Shown here: positions 53,553-64,000 of the stretch, in pieces
Layout of the letters: every line of letters begins with the position of its first letter
Position numbering within the stretch: position 1 is the stretch's first letter
Origin: Chlamydiales bacterium
GTDB lineage: Bacteria; Chlamydiota; Chlamydiia; Chlamydiales; JAAZZY01
DNA: 64,000 nt
Assembly (NCBI GenBank): GCA_965206695.1
Contig: CBDBKM010000013.1
Span: forward strand, 96,001-160,000
Reading direction: 5' to 3'
Program-made: the position numbers and the translations under genes
The notes under the pieces: generated by a model
Seen by the model: only the letters and a program-made list of their open reading frames with translations
Databases searched by the model: none
Told to the model about the DNA's origin: nothing

Positions 53553-53921
53553 ATGGGCATTTCTGCATCTGCTATTAAGTTGTTATTAGAATTAAAGAAA
53601 AATAATAACAACTTCACAGGAAAAGTCTTACAATTAGGAAGACAGAATATTTTTGTTGATAGAGCAAAAGTTTTGAAATTAGCTCAAGATATGGGTATGG
53701 AAGTAACTAATTACATATATAATGATTACGTAGACGGAAACATTAATGATATTATGTTATTCAAAATGCTTGGTTTTGGTGAAGTACATAGTATCGATTA
53801 TTCTGACTTTGAAGATGCCACTTATGTTCATGATTTCAATCGTCCTGTTCCTGAAAATCTACATAATCAATATGATCTGACATCGCAAGCCCGGAATATC
53901 TCATACCGCTTGCTTAAATGA
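53553..53921 (+). pseudogene. probable SAM-dependent methyltransferase N-terminal fragment
   Basis: LGRQ and LGFGEVHSIDYSDFEDATYVHDFNRPVP..L.NQYDL, followed by unrelated sequence. Confidence 0.55.
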
Positions 53922-54059
53922 AGGTGCTATACCATTCCTTTGTGCATTTATGTAACAGCACTTCCCCTCACAAGATAAAGAAAAAAATAATACCCTGATT
54001 GAACAAATTATTTCAACAATTATTTTAATAACGCATATCTGTAACGCGAAACTCTTGTT

Positions 54060-54273
54060 CAAATATAAATGCAATAGAAAGGCTTTGGAAAGTGATGAGG
54101 AAAACGGTTACTTATAATAAATTTTACGATATATTTACTGAGTTTAAAATGAGAGATAAGAGGGTTTTTTTAAGACAAAATCTCGATTTTAAGAGACAAG
54201 CTTAAAACACACGGATGATACATTTCAATTGATGAAACTCAATCCTGTCCGGCTTCCAATGTGAATGAGTATA
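54060..54273 (+). mobile_element. IS630 type b, 3' remnant
   Basis: Reverse complement of about 25215-25430; ends CCAATGTGAATGAGTATA. Confidence 0.8.
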
Positions 54274-54498
54274 TCTAGAAGATCTTTTGCCATGTTCTTT
54301 TCTCAAAATTGAAAAAAAATTATAACATCTATAGAAAAATTTTTATACTAACTAAATAGAGCTTTTCTTAAAATTTTATAATTCCATTATATTTCATACA
54401 GTTGATTTATGTGATTAACTATTTTCACTATAACCGGAAACTTAATATTATATTAATGATATTAATACATAATTCTTATTAAACTAATAATAAACAAA

Positions 54499-56343
54499 AT
54501 GATAATAAACAAAATGACAATACAGCAACTCGATAAAGAGCTTCAAACAGCAATTAAAAATCAAGATCATTCGGAAATTCAAAAGATTTTTGATGAAAAT
54601 CCGAACTTTAATCCAACCTCTGTACATCCGGATTTCACTATAATTAAAGACCACACAGACTATAAGAATGGTATGAAAGTTATTTTAGAAAAGTATCCGA
54701 TAGATTTAACAACTGATCAATTTGATAAGTATGAACAAGTATTAGATACTGATGACTTACAGAAGGTTTTAGATTCAAATTGTAAGAACCGTCTTAAAAT
54801 ATTTTTAAAAAACTATAAGGGACTTATTAATGACGAACACGTGTTAAAAATAATTCTAAAAATGGATACTGAGCTTATTATGTTAATGATTAAATCAGAT
54901 CCGACTATTAGACAAAGATTAAGCTCATCGATTGATTTAACTGAGTTATTAAATAAACCAAACCATAATAACTTAACTCCTCTTCAGAGATTAGCCAAGT
55001 TAGGTAAAATAAAAATAATTAAAGCTCTTTATCCAAAAAGATCAAATACACCGGATAAAGCATTCCTTAAAAGACTTCAAGATTCTTGTTTTATTGACGG
55101 AGAAGAAGTTGCTATTCAAGCATTATCTGAAAAAGATGCTTTTAAACGCCCATATCAAGTGGCTCAAGTTGGCTGTGATACTAAAGTAAAACTTCAGGAC
55201 GGTAGAATAGTTACTTTTAGAGGAGTCGAGGCAGAAGACGCGCATAAAATAATCGAACGTACAAATACTAACCTTTTCTCTGAACCTTATAATATTTGCT
55301 CTCCGGTAGATGAAAAAATTCATACTTTAAGAATTCATATGGGGGGTGGACATTACTTTCTTACATTTAAAACCCCATTACTCGGATATGATGTAACAGA
55401 AGGATTGTATCCGGGCAGCGACAACAAACAAAAAGAGCAAATCGAAGAACCACATGATTACTCTTTAAAATTTAAAAGCAGTGAGCGGATTAGGATTAGT
55501 ACACAGTCAATTCAAAAAGGAAATCAAATAGAAAAAATGACTCTCTCTTCCGGTAAAATGGGAATATATTCACAATCTTCTTCTCAGTCGATTCTTAGTT
55601 CAGGATCATCAACTGTTTTAGGCTCATCGTCAAAACTTCAAATAAAAACATCAGGAATAGCCACCGACTTAGCTGAGAAGATGCCCTGGAAGATGCTCTT
55701 CATCAGACAGAAAGGAATCATTCAAGATGAAAAGACCTCTATCCACGATTGTGAGGTTAGTGCAGAATGCCCTGCGATTACTTTTCATCTGGATAGCACG
55801 CAAATGCAACAAGCTCTTACGTATGCAACAAGAATTAAACAGGCTTGTTTGGATGGCGATATAGATGAATGCGGCTATTCGGGAGTATTTAGAAATTGTA
55901 TTGATTTCGTCTCTGAAATTGCTGAAGAGGCCGGTATTGAAAACCCACTACCTTGTTGGGTAGATGGCAATGAAGTAAGTAATACAAGAATTGCTCATTT
56001 CTGGGAAAGATTCTCTAGAATGGGAATAGTTAATTTAGTTTCTCAAGATTTTTTAGGACGTAATATTTTAGGAAAGACAACTATAAAGGTTGATGATTTG
56101 GTCAATCAGCTACTATCCAACAATCAACCTCCTTCCTTATCGGATATGGCTCTTGCTTCTGCAGCACTTCCTTTTTCCCCGTCAATTAATCATAGTAATT
56201 TAGCCTTACGAATAAATCATTGTCCTGATGGAGCCGGTAATTCAAATAATGCAAATATAATGGTAGGCTTAGCAATATGCCCTATGATTCTTTTACTAAC
56301 AGTGCTCTTTGCCTTTATTTATAAAAAATTGCGTTTTGCATAG
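54499..56343 (+). CDS. hypothetical protein with an ankyrin-like motif, a putative permuted papain-like (His...Cys) domain and a C-terminal transmembrane segment
   Basis: LTPLQRLAKLGKIKIIKAL; GGHYFL; YSGVFRNCIDFV; hydrophobic C-terminus ending in KKLR. Confidence 0.55.
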   Translation: MIINKMTIQQLDKELQTAIKNQDHSEIQKIFDENPNFNPTSVHPDFTIIKDHTDYKNGMKVILEKYPIDLTTDQFDKYEQVLDTDDLQKVLDSNCKNRLKIFLKNYKGLINDEHVLKIILKMDTELIMLMIKSDPTIRQRLSSSIDLTELLNKPNHNNLTPLQRLAKLGKIKIIKALYPKRSNTPDKAFLKRLQDSCFIDGEEVAIQALSEKDAFKRPYQVAQVGCDTKVKLQDGRIVTFRGVEAEDAHKIIERTNTNLFSEPYNICSPVDEKIHTLRIHMGGGHYFLTFKTPLLGYDVTEGLYPGSDNKQKEQIEEPHDYSLKFKSSERIRISTQSIQKGNQIEKMTLSSGKMGIYSQSSSQSILSSGSSTVLGSSSKLQIKTSGIATDLAEKMPWKMLFIRQKGIIQDEKTSIHDCEVSAECPAITFHLDSTQMQQALTYATRIKQACLDGDIDECGYSGVFRNCIDFVSEIAEEAGIENPLPCWVDGNEVSNTRIAHFWERFSRMGIVNLVSQDFLGRNILGKTTIKVDDLVNQLLSNNQPPSLSDMALASAALPFSPSINHSNLALRINHCPDGAGNSNNANIMVGLAICPMILLLTVLFAFIYKKLRFA

Positions 56344-56439
56344 AATGAAGGAACATCTGATTAATACGGTTTTTTTAGAGAGATGAGTTTTAGAAAAGAA
56401 GGATTAAGTACTTAACAAGATTTTCTTGGTCAAATATTG

Positions 56440-56675
56440 GGTTTTCACTGAATTTAAAATTTATTTAGAAGAAAAGAATATCACAGCTTTAATGCAAGTA
56501 AAAAGGACTATTTTTATGGATATAAGGCTTCATTAATTACCTGTGAATATGGGACGCCGGTTTTTTTTAATTTGGCTCCTGCATCTCAACATGATTTAAG
56601 GATGTTGAAAAATAGCGCCCTTGCAACGCTACCTAAGAATTCACAAATAATAGGTGATGCCGCTTATTTAAGTTG
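56440..56675 (+). mobile_element. IS982-family internal fragment
   Basis: ASKKDYFYGYK...LAPASQHD...IIGDAAY. Confidence 0.75.
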
Positions 56676-56687
56676 CTCGTATAACCT

Positions 56688-57464
56688 CTACAAACCAGTG
56701 TAAGATGGATTAAGTACTTCGGATATTAGGTGATTTATTTTCTCTACATTAATATGCATTTTAGATTTTTTTTGAGATAAAAGGTCGAGTCCTCTATATT
56801 TTTTCCAAATTTTATCTATCATATTTTCTCTATAGTTAAGAGATTCTGTTCGACAAAAGATCTCAAATCTTGCTAATTTTTGTATTTTTTTACTTGGTTT
56901 ACCATACCTCAATTTTAAAAGAGTAGATTGCGGACGATTCGTGCAAACTATAGAAGCCGCACGACCTGTAGGCATTTTCTTATATTTAATAAAGTAAGCA
57001 GCCACAGCCATTGCAGACCGCCCCTGCCCTGCCTTACAATGGACAAAAACATCATTACCTTTATCAAGCTCTGCTTTTATATAATCAGCAGCTTTATCTA
57101 ATTGCTTTAAATCTAAAGCTTTATGATCCCTAACTGATATATTTTTATATGTTTGCATGCTGACGGGTATGTTTAACCCTTCCTTTTTCCAATACCCATT
57201 ATTAGCTACAGACGTATGAAGTACTGAAAGAATACTGATCTGATTTGAATGAATGTTAGCTGTTAAGGTCGCGAATTTATCCGGACACTGCCCTAAATAA
57301 ATGGAGCCTTTATAAATGGAGCCTTTTTTGGTATCTTCTAATTTCTCAAAGGAAATACGGTTACTAAAAACTTTATTACCTCGGAAATATTTAAATAAAG
57401 AAGAATATCTTATGAGCATTCCTATATTATGTTCAAAATTTTCTAAACTATTTTTTATAAACAT
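56688..57464 (-). CDS. dual-specificity phosphatase (PTPMT1-like)
   Basis: IYLG, VRDH and VFVHCKAGQGRSA (CX5R) motifs. Confidence 0.9.
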   Translation of the reverse strand: MFIKNSLENFEHNIGMLIRYSSLFKYFRGNKVFSNRISFEKLEDTKKGSIYKGSIYLGQCPDKFATLTANIHSNQISILSVLHTSVANNGYWKKEGLNIPVSMQTYKNISVRDHKALDLKQLDKAADYIKAELDKGNDVFVHCKAGQGRSAMAVAAYFIKYKKMPTGRAASIVCTNRPQSTLLKLRYGKPSKKIQKLARFEIFCRTESLNYRENMIDKIWKKYRGLDLLSQKKSKMHINVEKINHLISEVLNPSYTGL

Positions 57465-57686
57465 ATAATCACAACCAATATAATAATATAAATATCCAAA
57501 TCTAATTATACAATTAAATATAATTAATCTGTAGTAATAAAATAGAAATGTCCGCTTTTATAAATTTATAATAGGAGATTTTTAATAAATGGAAGTTCTA
57601 TAACAGTAAACAGATTTCTTTAACGATTAAACGTCAAGGAGTTCTAAAAAGAGGAAGAATTATTTAAAAAGGAAATAGATCGTTAC

Positions 57687-58612
57687 TATAGTGAATTAAA
57701 TTTTATTTTTTATTTTATTCATGTAGAATATCCGGATGACATATTCACTTGATTTAAGAAAACAAGCTGTAAAATATATTAAAAATGTGGGAATACGCAA
57801 AGAGGCAAGTGTCATTTTTTCAGTTATGACTCACACTTTATTGAACAGGCTTTCTTGAGAAAGACTGCAGATCTTAGCACCTAACAACAGGCGTCCTAGC
57901 CCAAGTAAAATTGATCATCATAAACTTAAGCAATATCTTCAAAAATATCCGGATGCCTATCTTAAAGAAATTGCTCAAGAATCGGGTGTTACGATACCGG
58001 ATATTTTTTATGCCTGTAAACGTTTGAAACTAACCTTAAAAAAAAGATCCCGTTCTACAAAGAAAGAGATGAAAAAAAACGACAAGAGTTTCAAGAAACA
58101 CTAAAAAATATTCCCATGAAAAATCGTGTTTATGTAGATGAGAGCGGGATGAATAAATATTTAAGAAGAGCATATGTTCGATGTCAGGCAGGGAACCGGG
58201 TATATGGAACCGTTTCGGGAATGCGATATGCACGTGAAAGTTTTATCGCAGCAAAGAATCAATCCCGAATCTTAGCTCCTTTTTGCTATACGGGAACATG
58301 TGATACTAAGTTATTTAATCTATGAGTGAAAGATTTTCTTATTCCGGAACTTAAACCCGGTCAAGTTGTTATTATGGATAATACAACTTTTCATAAATCT
58401 AAATATTCGCAACAACTTATAGAACAAGCAGGTTGTCACATTCTATTTCTTCCTCCCTATTCACCGAATTTAAACCCAATAGAAATTTTTTGGGCTAATT
58501 TTAAAAAACAGGTTCAAAAAAATATGGAACAATTCACACATTTAGCCCAAGCAATTGATTTTTCTTTTCTAACTAATGGGTATTTATGAAAAATAAAATT
58601 TAAAACACTATA
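57687..58612 (+). mobile_element. IS630-family degenerate element (type e)
   Basis: YVDESG, IMDN and LPPYSPNLNPIE motifs; TATAGTG / CACTATA ends; internal stops. Confidence 0.88.
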
Positions 58613-59210
58613 TGTACTCAAAGAACTGATTAATAGGCATATACCACAAAAACAAGACTCTAGGCCGGTAAATATTAATGAACGGCAAATTTGTAATCTT
58701 TTTTATAAAGTTAAAAAACAAGGTGCTAAAGGTTTAATCTCGCTTCATAGAGATAAACCAAGTAACCGTCAGATTCCTTACTTTTTGAAAAAGAAAGCAT
58801 TAAGTTTAGTAAGAGATAAATATTCCGGTTTTGATCCAACATTAGTTAAAGAGAAAGTAGAAAAAGAGCATCATTTGAAATTATCTATTGAAACACTCAG
58901 ATTGTGGATGATTGAGAGCTTTATTTGGATTCCAAAAAAACAACAAGAGAAAAAAACATACCTACCAAGGCAAAGAAGAGAATCTTTTGGTGAGCTTATC
59001 TAAGCAGATAGATCTCATCCATAGATGGTTTGGAGAAAATCATCCTATGGTTAATCTAAGCGTTTGTATCGATGATGTCTTTCAGTGAACTTTAATACAT
59101 CCTCATGAATATGGACGTCCAAGAGCACTTTATACTGATAAAGCCTTCATATTTCAATCTCATACGCCCGGAGGCAGTACTCAAATGCAGAGAGCTTTAC
59201 AAGAATTAGA
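58613..59210 (+). mobile_element. ISNCY/IS481-like transposase remnant
   Basis: KYSGFDPTL..EK...LSIETLRLWM, RQRRESFGELI and ALYTDK patterns; many stops. Confidence 0.7.
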
Positions 59211-59720
59211 TAGACTCATTCACATTGGAAGCCGGACAGGATTGAGTTCCGGCACTTGAAATGTATGATAGGTTAATCGTTTTCTTAACCTCTTTTTGGA
59301 TCCACCCACATACAGTTTAGGATTGATAATCAGGATGTGCTACATTAAAAAAAATAGATCTTTTCATTATTTTAAAAACCTGCTTTTAATGCTTCCTATT
59401 CTTTAATTGATGCTTTAGCCAAGATGTCATCCCTTCTGTGCTATAGGAAATGTTATAGTGTTCTAAGACAGACGCACATACATCCGCAACCTTTCTATTA
59501 AGTGTATTAAGAAAGATGTTTCACTCGTTCTTTCGTTTGCAGTTTGGACCCTTTATCGCCTGATCCTCCTTTGGTATCATGCCAAGTTTTTTCTTCTGAT
59601 TGAAATTCCCTTAAATACTCATAAACACTCGACCGGCTTAAGCGCAGAACATGAGCAATGTGATCAGGCCCGGACCGTCATCTCGTGCAAGAAGCACATA
59701 CAAACGATTACATTCATTTA
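59211..59720 (-). mobile_element. IS630 type b, internally deleted degraded copy
   Basis: Homologous to 25215-25970 and 49403-49626. Confidence 0.8.
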
Positions 59721-59779
59721 TATCACGGGTCTTTTTTACCTGACATTCAAAAGCGCTTCTTTGATGTGGAGTTAATTGG

Positions 59780-59921
59780 TTCATACAACATTCGTATCAT
59801 ATTTATACTTTTTTATGTAGCTTATCAGTAGCGAAGAGTATTTATCCAAAATCAAAAAAAACAAATAGACGCTTTCATCCCAATGCTAAAGCAAAGGGTT
59901 TTCTTGCTTAATTGTCATAAA
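59780..59921 (+). mobile_element. IS200/IS605 tnpA-end remnant with terminal hairpin
   Basis: FIQNQKNK* resembles the TnpA C-terminus, followed by the hairpin shared with 29223-29269. Confidence 0.5.
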
Positions 59922-60056
59922 CTTTTCGGATCAATAAGAAAAGTTATGCTTCCCGATAGCTAATACATCAATGGCTTGGTTATTAATAAATGCGCTAAAG
60001 CTCTACCAACCCTGTACCGGCACCTGCTATAACAGCAAGCATTGTATTCCTGTTCG

Positions 60057-61220
60057 CTAAGGAAGTAAAAAAGCTTGAACTTGCACTCTTAAAACATCCG
60101 AATAATTTAAAGGCAAATTCACAATTTTTTCACCTGACAATAAGAGTTTATGACAAATATTGAGCCTACCCGCCTCAATAAGCTTTTTCGACTCTAAGAA
60201 TTTAATCATCTGTTTATCAGTGCCTTTTTCTTCTTCCATAATTCGATTGGTAGCGTCTAGCAAGATATGATAATGACGAATATTACGAGTAATAACTGCC
60301 TTGTTTATATTTCTATCAACTTTGACATGCAAAAGATTTTTATTATCCGTCTCCTCATCATAAACATTCCAGACTAAAGGTTTTTTCAAAATCATTTTAG
60401 TTTTTGAAAAATACTCTTTATCTAAGCTGTTATTCTTAACAAATTCATAGGAAGATTTATTAGCATCGTTTACCGGCTCGCTTTCAAAAATAGAACTGAA
60501 TTCCTCAGCAATCTTCACTTCATTTCGAACAGACTGTTCTAGCTGCATGCCAATACAAACCGCTTCCGGAATATGGTGCTCATTCCAATCCTTTGAATGC
60601 AAAACTTCATCTTTTGGGAGATCTTTCTTTAGCGCATCGAAGGAATAGAAATCTTTAGCTAATTTATAATACCGATTAATATTACTCTTTTCTGCTGCAT
60701 TCATCACCTCTGCTAAGGTATGCCATAAAAACTGATCGTCTTTACTGAGCTTTTCCCAATGTTTTTTTCTTCGCCTTTTAGCTTCAATAAATAATAACTG
60801 TCCTTTGGTATTATCACGATTAAGAACATTCTTATTTTTTGAACCTTGAATCAAATGATAATACGATTTAGCAACTCCCATAGATTTGACTTCCCGGCGA
60901 AATTCGGGTGTTTCTTGAAAAAACACCTTTATCTTCAATGTTACATCTTGCAATTTATTATTTTGTTTATTGGAAATCCGGGCAAAATTCCATTCATCTA
61001 ACAATCTGAAGAAGGCATTTTTAATCCGATCGATATAACTTTCTTGCTTAGCGCATTTTTCACGATTCCAAGATTTAAAGATGCGGGGAAAAAAACCTAA
61101 AAGTTCCCTGCGATACAAGAGTTTGGCTGCATGCACCAGATCAATCTTATACATCCCTTTCGCGGGATTATAATGTAGGTGGTCACATATGATTTTTTTC
61201 TCTAGAATACGATAGCTCAT
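60057..61220 (-). CDS. hypothetical protein
   Basis: 387-aa ORF; no motif recognised. Confidence 0.75.
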   Translation of the reverse strand: MSYRILEKKIICDHLHYNPAKGMYKIDLVHAAKLLYRRELLGFFPRIFKSWNREKCAKQESYIDRIKNAFFRLLDEWNFARISNKQNNKLQDVTLKIKVFFQETPEFRREVKSMGVAKSYYHLIQGSKNKNVLNRDNTKGQLLFIEAKRRRKKHWEKLSKDDQFLWHTLAEVMNAAEKSNINRYYKLAKDFYSFDALKKDLPKDEVLHSKDWNEHHIPEAVCIGMQLEQSVRNEVKIAEEFSSIFESEPVNDANKSSYEFVKNNSLDKEYFSKTKMILKKPLVWNVYDEETDNKNLLHVKVDRNINKAVITRNIRHYHILLDATNRIMEEEKGTDKQMIKFLESKKLIEAGRLNICHKLLLSGEKIVNLPLNYSDVLRVQVQAFLLP

Positions 61221-61547
61221 TAATGTTTTATTGAAATGTTAAAATTATACCGGATACTATATTAAGATACTTGTTGAGTCAAATTCAATTTCTTAAAAAG
61301 ACAACCTTCTTTTTCACTTCATTTAGGCACGACATATATCTTAAAAAGATTATATCATCCTATCTTATGAAAAATTAGACGGTTAGTTCTTTATTTTAGA
61401 ACTTTTGTAGCATACGGATAATATATCCGGCAAAGAATATTAAGGCGATGATTTTCACTTTGCTTTATGTCGATATGGAAGAGCATACCGTATAAGCATT
61501 TTCCGGCATTATATTTATCCTTTATGGTATATTTTCTCTCTTCTCTT

Positions 61548-62724
61548 CTATTTACCCCCCCCAATATTCTCCAAATTTAAATGCAATAGATAAGGCTTTG
61601 GAAAATGATGAGGGAAATGGTTACTTAATAATACATGTTACGATACATTTACTGATTTTAAATGAGAGGTATAGTATTTTAATTTTTATTTGATAATATG
61701 TTATCCTTCTTTTTTTATACAAACAGTAAGGACAAAACAATGCCTAGAGCCTATTCAGTAGATCTTCGAGAGAAAGTATTACAACATATAGAAAAACATC
61801 ATGATAAAAAAACAGCCGGCCATATTTTTCAAGTAGGTATCGCAACAATATATCGATGGATCTTGCAAAAAAAGCAAAAAGGACATTTAAAGCCAATCCG
61901 CAGAAAATATGCTTATAAGAAATTAGATGATGAGTTGTTATCTAAATATGTAGAAAAACATCCGGATTATTTTTTATCGGAAATTGCTGATTATTTTTCA
62001 GTCACTCCGCAAACGATTTTTTATGCCCTTAAAAGATTAAAAATTACACGAAAAAAAAAACTACTCGCTATAAGGAAAGAGATGAAAAGAAACGGGAAGC
62101 TTTTATGAAAGATTTAAAAAATATTCCCTTTGACAAGAGAATTTATCTCGATGAAACCGGGATTCATCAATTTTTATTTCGTGAGTCCGGAAGAAGCTTA
62201 CGCGGCAAAAAAGTTTTTGGAGCGGTTTCAGGAAACCGCTTTATAAGGCAAAATATTATTTCAGCCCTATCTAAAGGGCAGTTTTTATCTCCAATGTGTT
62301 TTGAAGGTACTTGTAATACCGGGTTATTCAATATTTGGCTTAAGGAAGTTTTGACTCCTCAGCTTACACCCGGTAGTGTTCTTATTCTTGACAATGCCGG
62401 TTTTCACAAGTCAGCGGAAAGCAGGAAAACAGTAGAATCTGCCGGTTGTAAGCTTATGTTTCTTCCTCCCTATTCTCCGGACTTAAATCCTATAGAAAAA
62501 TATTGGGCTAATATGAAAAATAAAGTTAGAGAGATATTACGAAAAGTTACGAATTTTAAATTCGCCATTGATCAAGCAATCTTATCAATATAAAATTAAA
62601 TGACTATAAGGGGTTTTTAAAGACAAAATCCCGATTTTAAAAGACACGCTTAAGACACGAATGAATGATATATTTCAAGTACCGGAACTCAATCCTGTCC
62701 GGCTTCCAATGTGAATGAGTATAT
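61548..62724 (+). mobile_element. IS630 type b 3' remnant interrupted by a type a copy
   Basis: Type b sequence on both sides (61548-61669 and 62609-62724), continuous across a TA. Confidence 0.8.
61670..62608 (+). mobile_element. IS630 type a, full copy
   Basis: 939 bp, near-identical to the other copies. Confidence 0.97.
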
Positions 62725-62834
62725 ACCGAAAGGCAGTCGGTAATTTAAATCTTTGGAGATCGTGTTAGACTAACACTTGTTAGCAAGGGTCCTTGAATGA
62801 GGAATCCCTTCTCTTTAGGGTTGGGAGCTGTCAA
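62725..62834 (+). mobile_element. TnpB right-end/omega-RNA-like remnant
   Basis: GAATCCCTTCTCTTTAGGGTTGGGAGCTGTCAA resembles the IS605/IS1341 right-end hairpin plus TCAA. Confidence 0.65.
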
Positions 62835-62886
62835 TATAACTCACTTGTTAGATACTTCAAGCAATAATTTACCGGGATGATTTCTG

Positions 62887-63681
62887 ATGATCGAATATTT
62901 TATTCTATATCTGATATTAGGCGCCTTTACAGGTATTATGGCAGGCACACTAGGTGTTGGAGGCGGTGTGATTGTTGTCCCCCTTCTTAATTGGATTCTC
63001 TTGCATCAACATTTCCCTGAATCAGCGACCATGCATTTATCCATTGGAACTTCTTTATCTGTTATGATTTTCACCTCTGCAACAGCTCTTACTGCTCATC
63101 ATAAAAAAAAAGCTGTACGTTGGGATATTTTGTTGCAAGTATTACCCGGTCTTGTCATGGGCTCAGTTATGGGTATCATTATATCAAAATATCTATCGGG
63201 TACATCGCTAAAGTTTATCCTTGCCTTTGTTGAAATTGCATTAGGAGTAAAAATGCTGATCAATCGATCTATCATTTTCAGCACAAACATTATTTCTAAG
63301 CTCTTTTATATGTTAGCCGGCTTTATTATCGCAACCATATCGGCCCTTTTAGGTATTGGAGGAGGGCTCATGAGCGTTCCATTCTTAACTATGTGTAATA
63401 AATCCATGTATGAAGCTATCGGCACCTCCATTGGCTTTGCCTTGGTGATTGGTATTGTTGGTACCATCGGTTTCATAATTTCCGGGTGGGGCTTTAGATG
63501 TGTCGATCACAACTGGTGTTGGGGTTATATATTTCTGCCCGCCACAATAGGCATTATGATCACCGGTGTATCTTTTGCGCCTATAGGTGCCCAAATTGCT
63601 CATTCTCTTCCTGTTAGTCGCCTAAAAAGAATCTTTGGTATTGTCCTGGTTCTTTTTGGCATACTTATGTTTTGTGAGTAA
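62887..63681 (+). CDS. TauE/SafE-family (TSUP) membrane protein
   Basis: GTLGVGGGVIVVP, IGTSL, LLGIGGG and APIGAQIAHSLP motifs; multiple transmembrane segments. Confidence 0.92.
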   Translation: MIEYFILYLILGAFTGIMAGTLGVGGGVIVVPLLNWILLHQHFPESATMHLSIGTSLSVMIFTSATALTAHHKKKAVRWDILLQVLPGLVMGSVMGIIISKYLSGTSLKFILAFVEIALGVKMLINRSIIFSTNIISKLFYMLAGFIIATISALLGIGGGLMSVPFLTMCNKSMYEAIGTSIGFALVIGIVGTIGFIISGWGFRCVDHNWCWGYIFLPATIGIMITGVSFAPIGAQIAHSLPVSRLKRIFGIVLVLFGILMFCE

Positions 63682-63693
63682 TGATTATTACAC

Positions 63694-63800
63694 TAGACTT
63701 GTTGCGATTTATATTTTTAGTGGTTTCGGATAAGTTTTTTCAAAACAATACAGGAGCGAGCAGAAGATTAAAGGACTTTTAAAACGAGCTAAATTGATAC
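63694..63800. mobile_element. MITE family B, copy 2 (truncated)
   Basis: Homologous to 45147-45252. Confidence 0.8.
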
Positions 63801-63802
63801 TA

Positions 63803-64000
63803 AAAAAAAGTAAAAAAACACCGGAGACGGTTTAGTCAATCTAAAAGCAAAAATAATCATAAAAGAAGGGTTAAAGTTTCAACGATACATTCAAAAATCA
63901 GAAACATAAGACACGATTTCCATCATAAGCTTTCTACTCAGTTGATACGTAAAAACCAAACGATCATAATTGAAGGGTTGTGTATAAAAAGCATGTTAAA
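63803..64000 (+). mobile_element. tnpB: TnpB internal fragment, running off the window edge
   Basis: KRRVKVSTIHSKIRNIRHDFHHKLSTQLIRKNQTIIIEGLCIKSML (RuvC-II region). Confidence 0.8.

Overview
This is AT-rich bacterial chromosome, most likely from an environmental Chlamydiae-like intracellular organism. That assignment is inferred from DUF2608-like, DUF687-like and eukaryote-like genes. The left end holds a six-gene lysine/DAP operon (lysC-dapB-dapA-asd-lysA-dapL), mnmA, a Campylobacter-like waaC, an RluA-family gene and a degenerate GH3 gene. The rest is a heavily IS-infested accessory region (several IS630 types, IS1634, two IS5 types, IS4, IS701, IS982, ISNCY-like and IS200/IS605/TnpB remnants, several MITE families). 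Scattered through it are ppc, a grx-bolA-grxD cluster, rlmB, a TauE/SafE gene and many effector-like genes (NUDT9-like, RING, YopT/C58-like, PTPMT1-like phosphatase, permuted papain-like). The main structural discovery is at 26631-48898. Two direct IS1634 copies have swapped 6-bp target duplications and bracket an 18.7-kb segment that is a circular permutation: its two ends rejoin one IS5 transposase in frame. That segment carries a tyrosine integrase next to a tRNA-Tyr 3' half in attP-like configuration, a lipase-like toxin plus lipoprotein immunity-like pair, a C58-like protease and iteron-like 28-bp repeats. It looks like an excised integrative circle re-captured through IS1634, nested inside two older IS630 elements, although an assembly misjoin cannot be excluded. 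Other notable signals are dispersed TnpB right-end/omega-RNA-like remnants and a strong CCGG enrichment with CCWGG avoidance. All family calls come from motif recognition by eye, not database searches.
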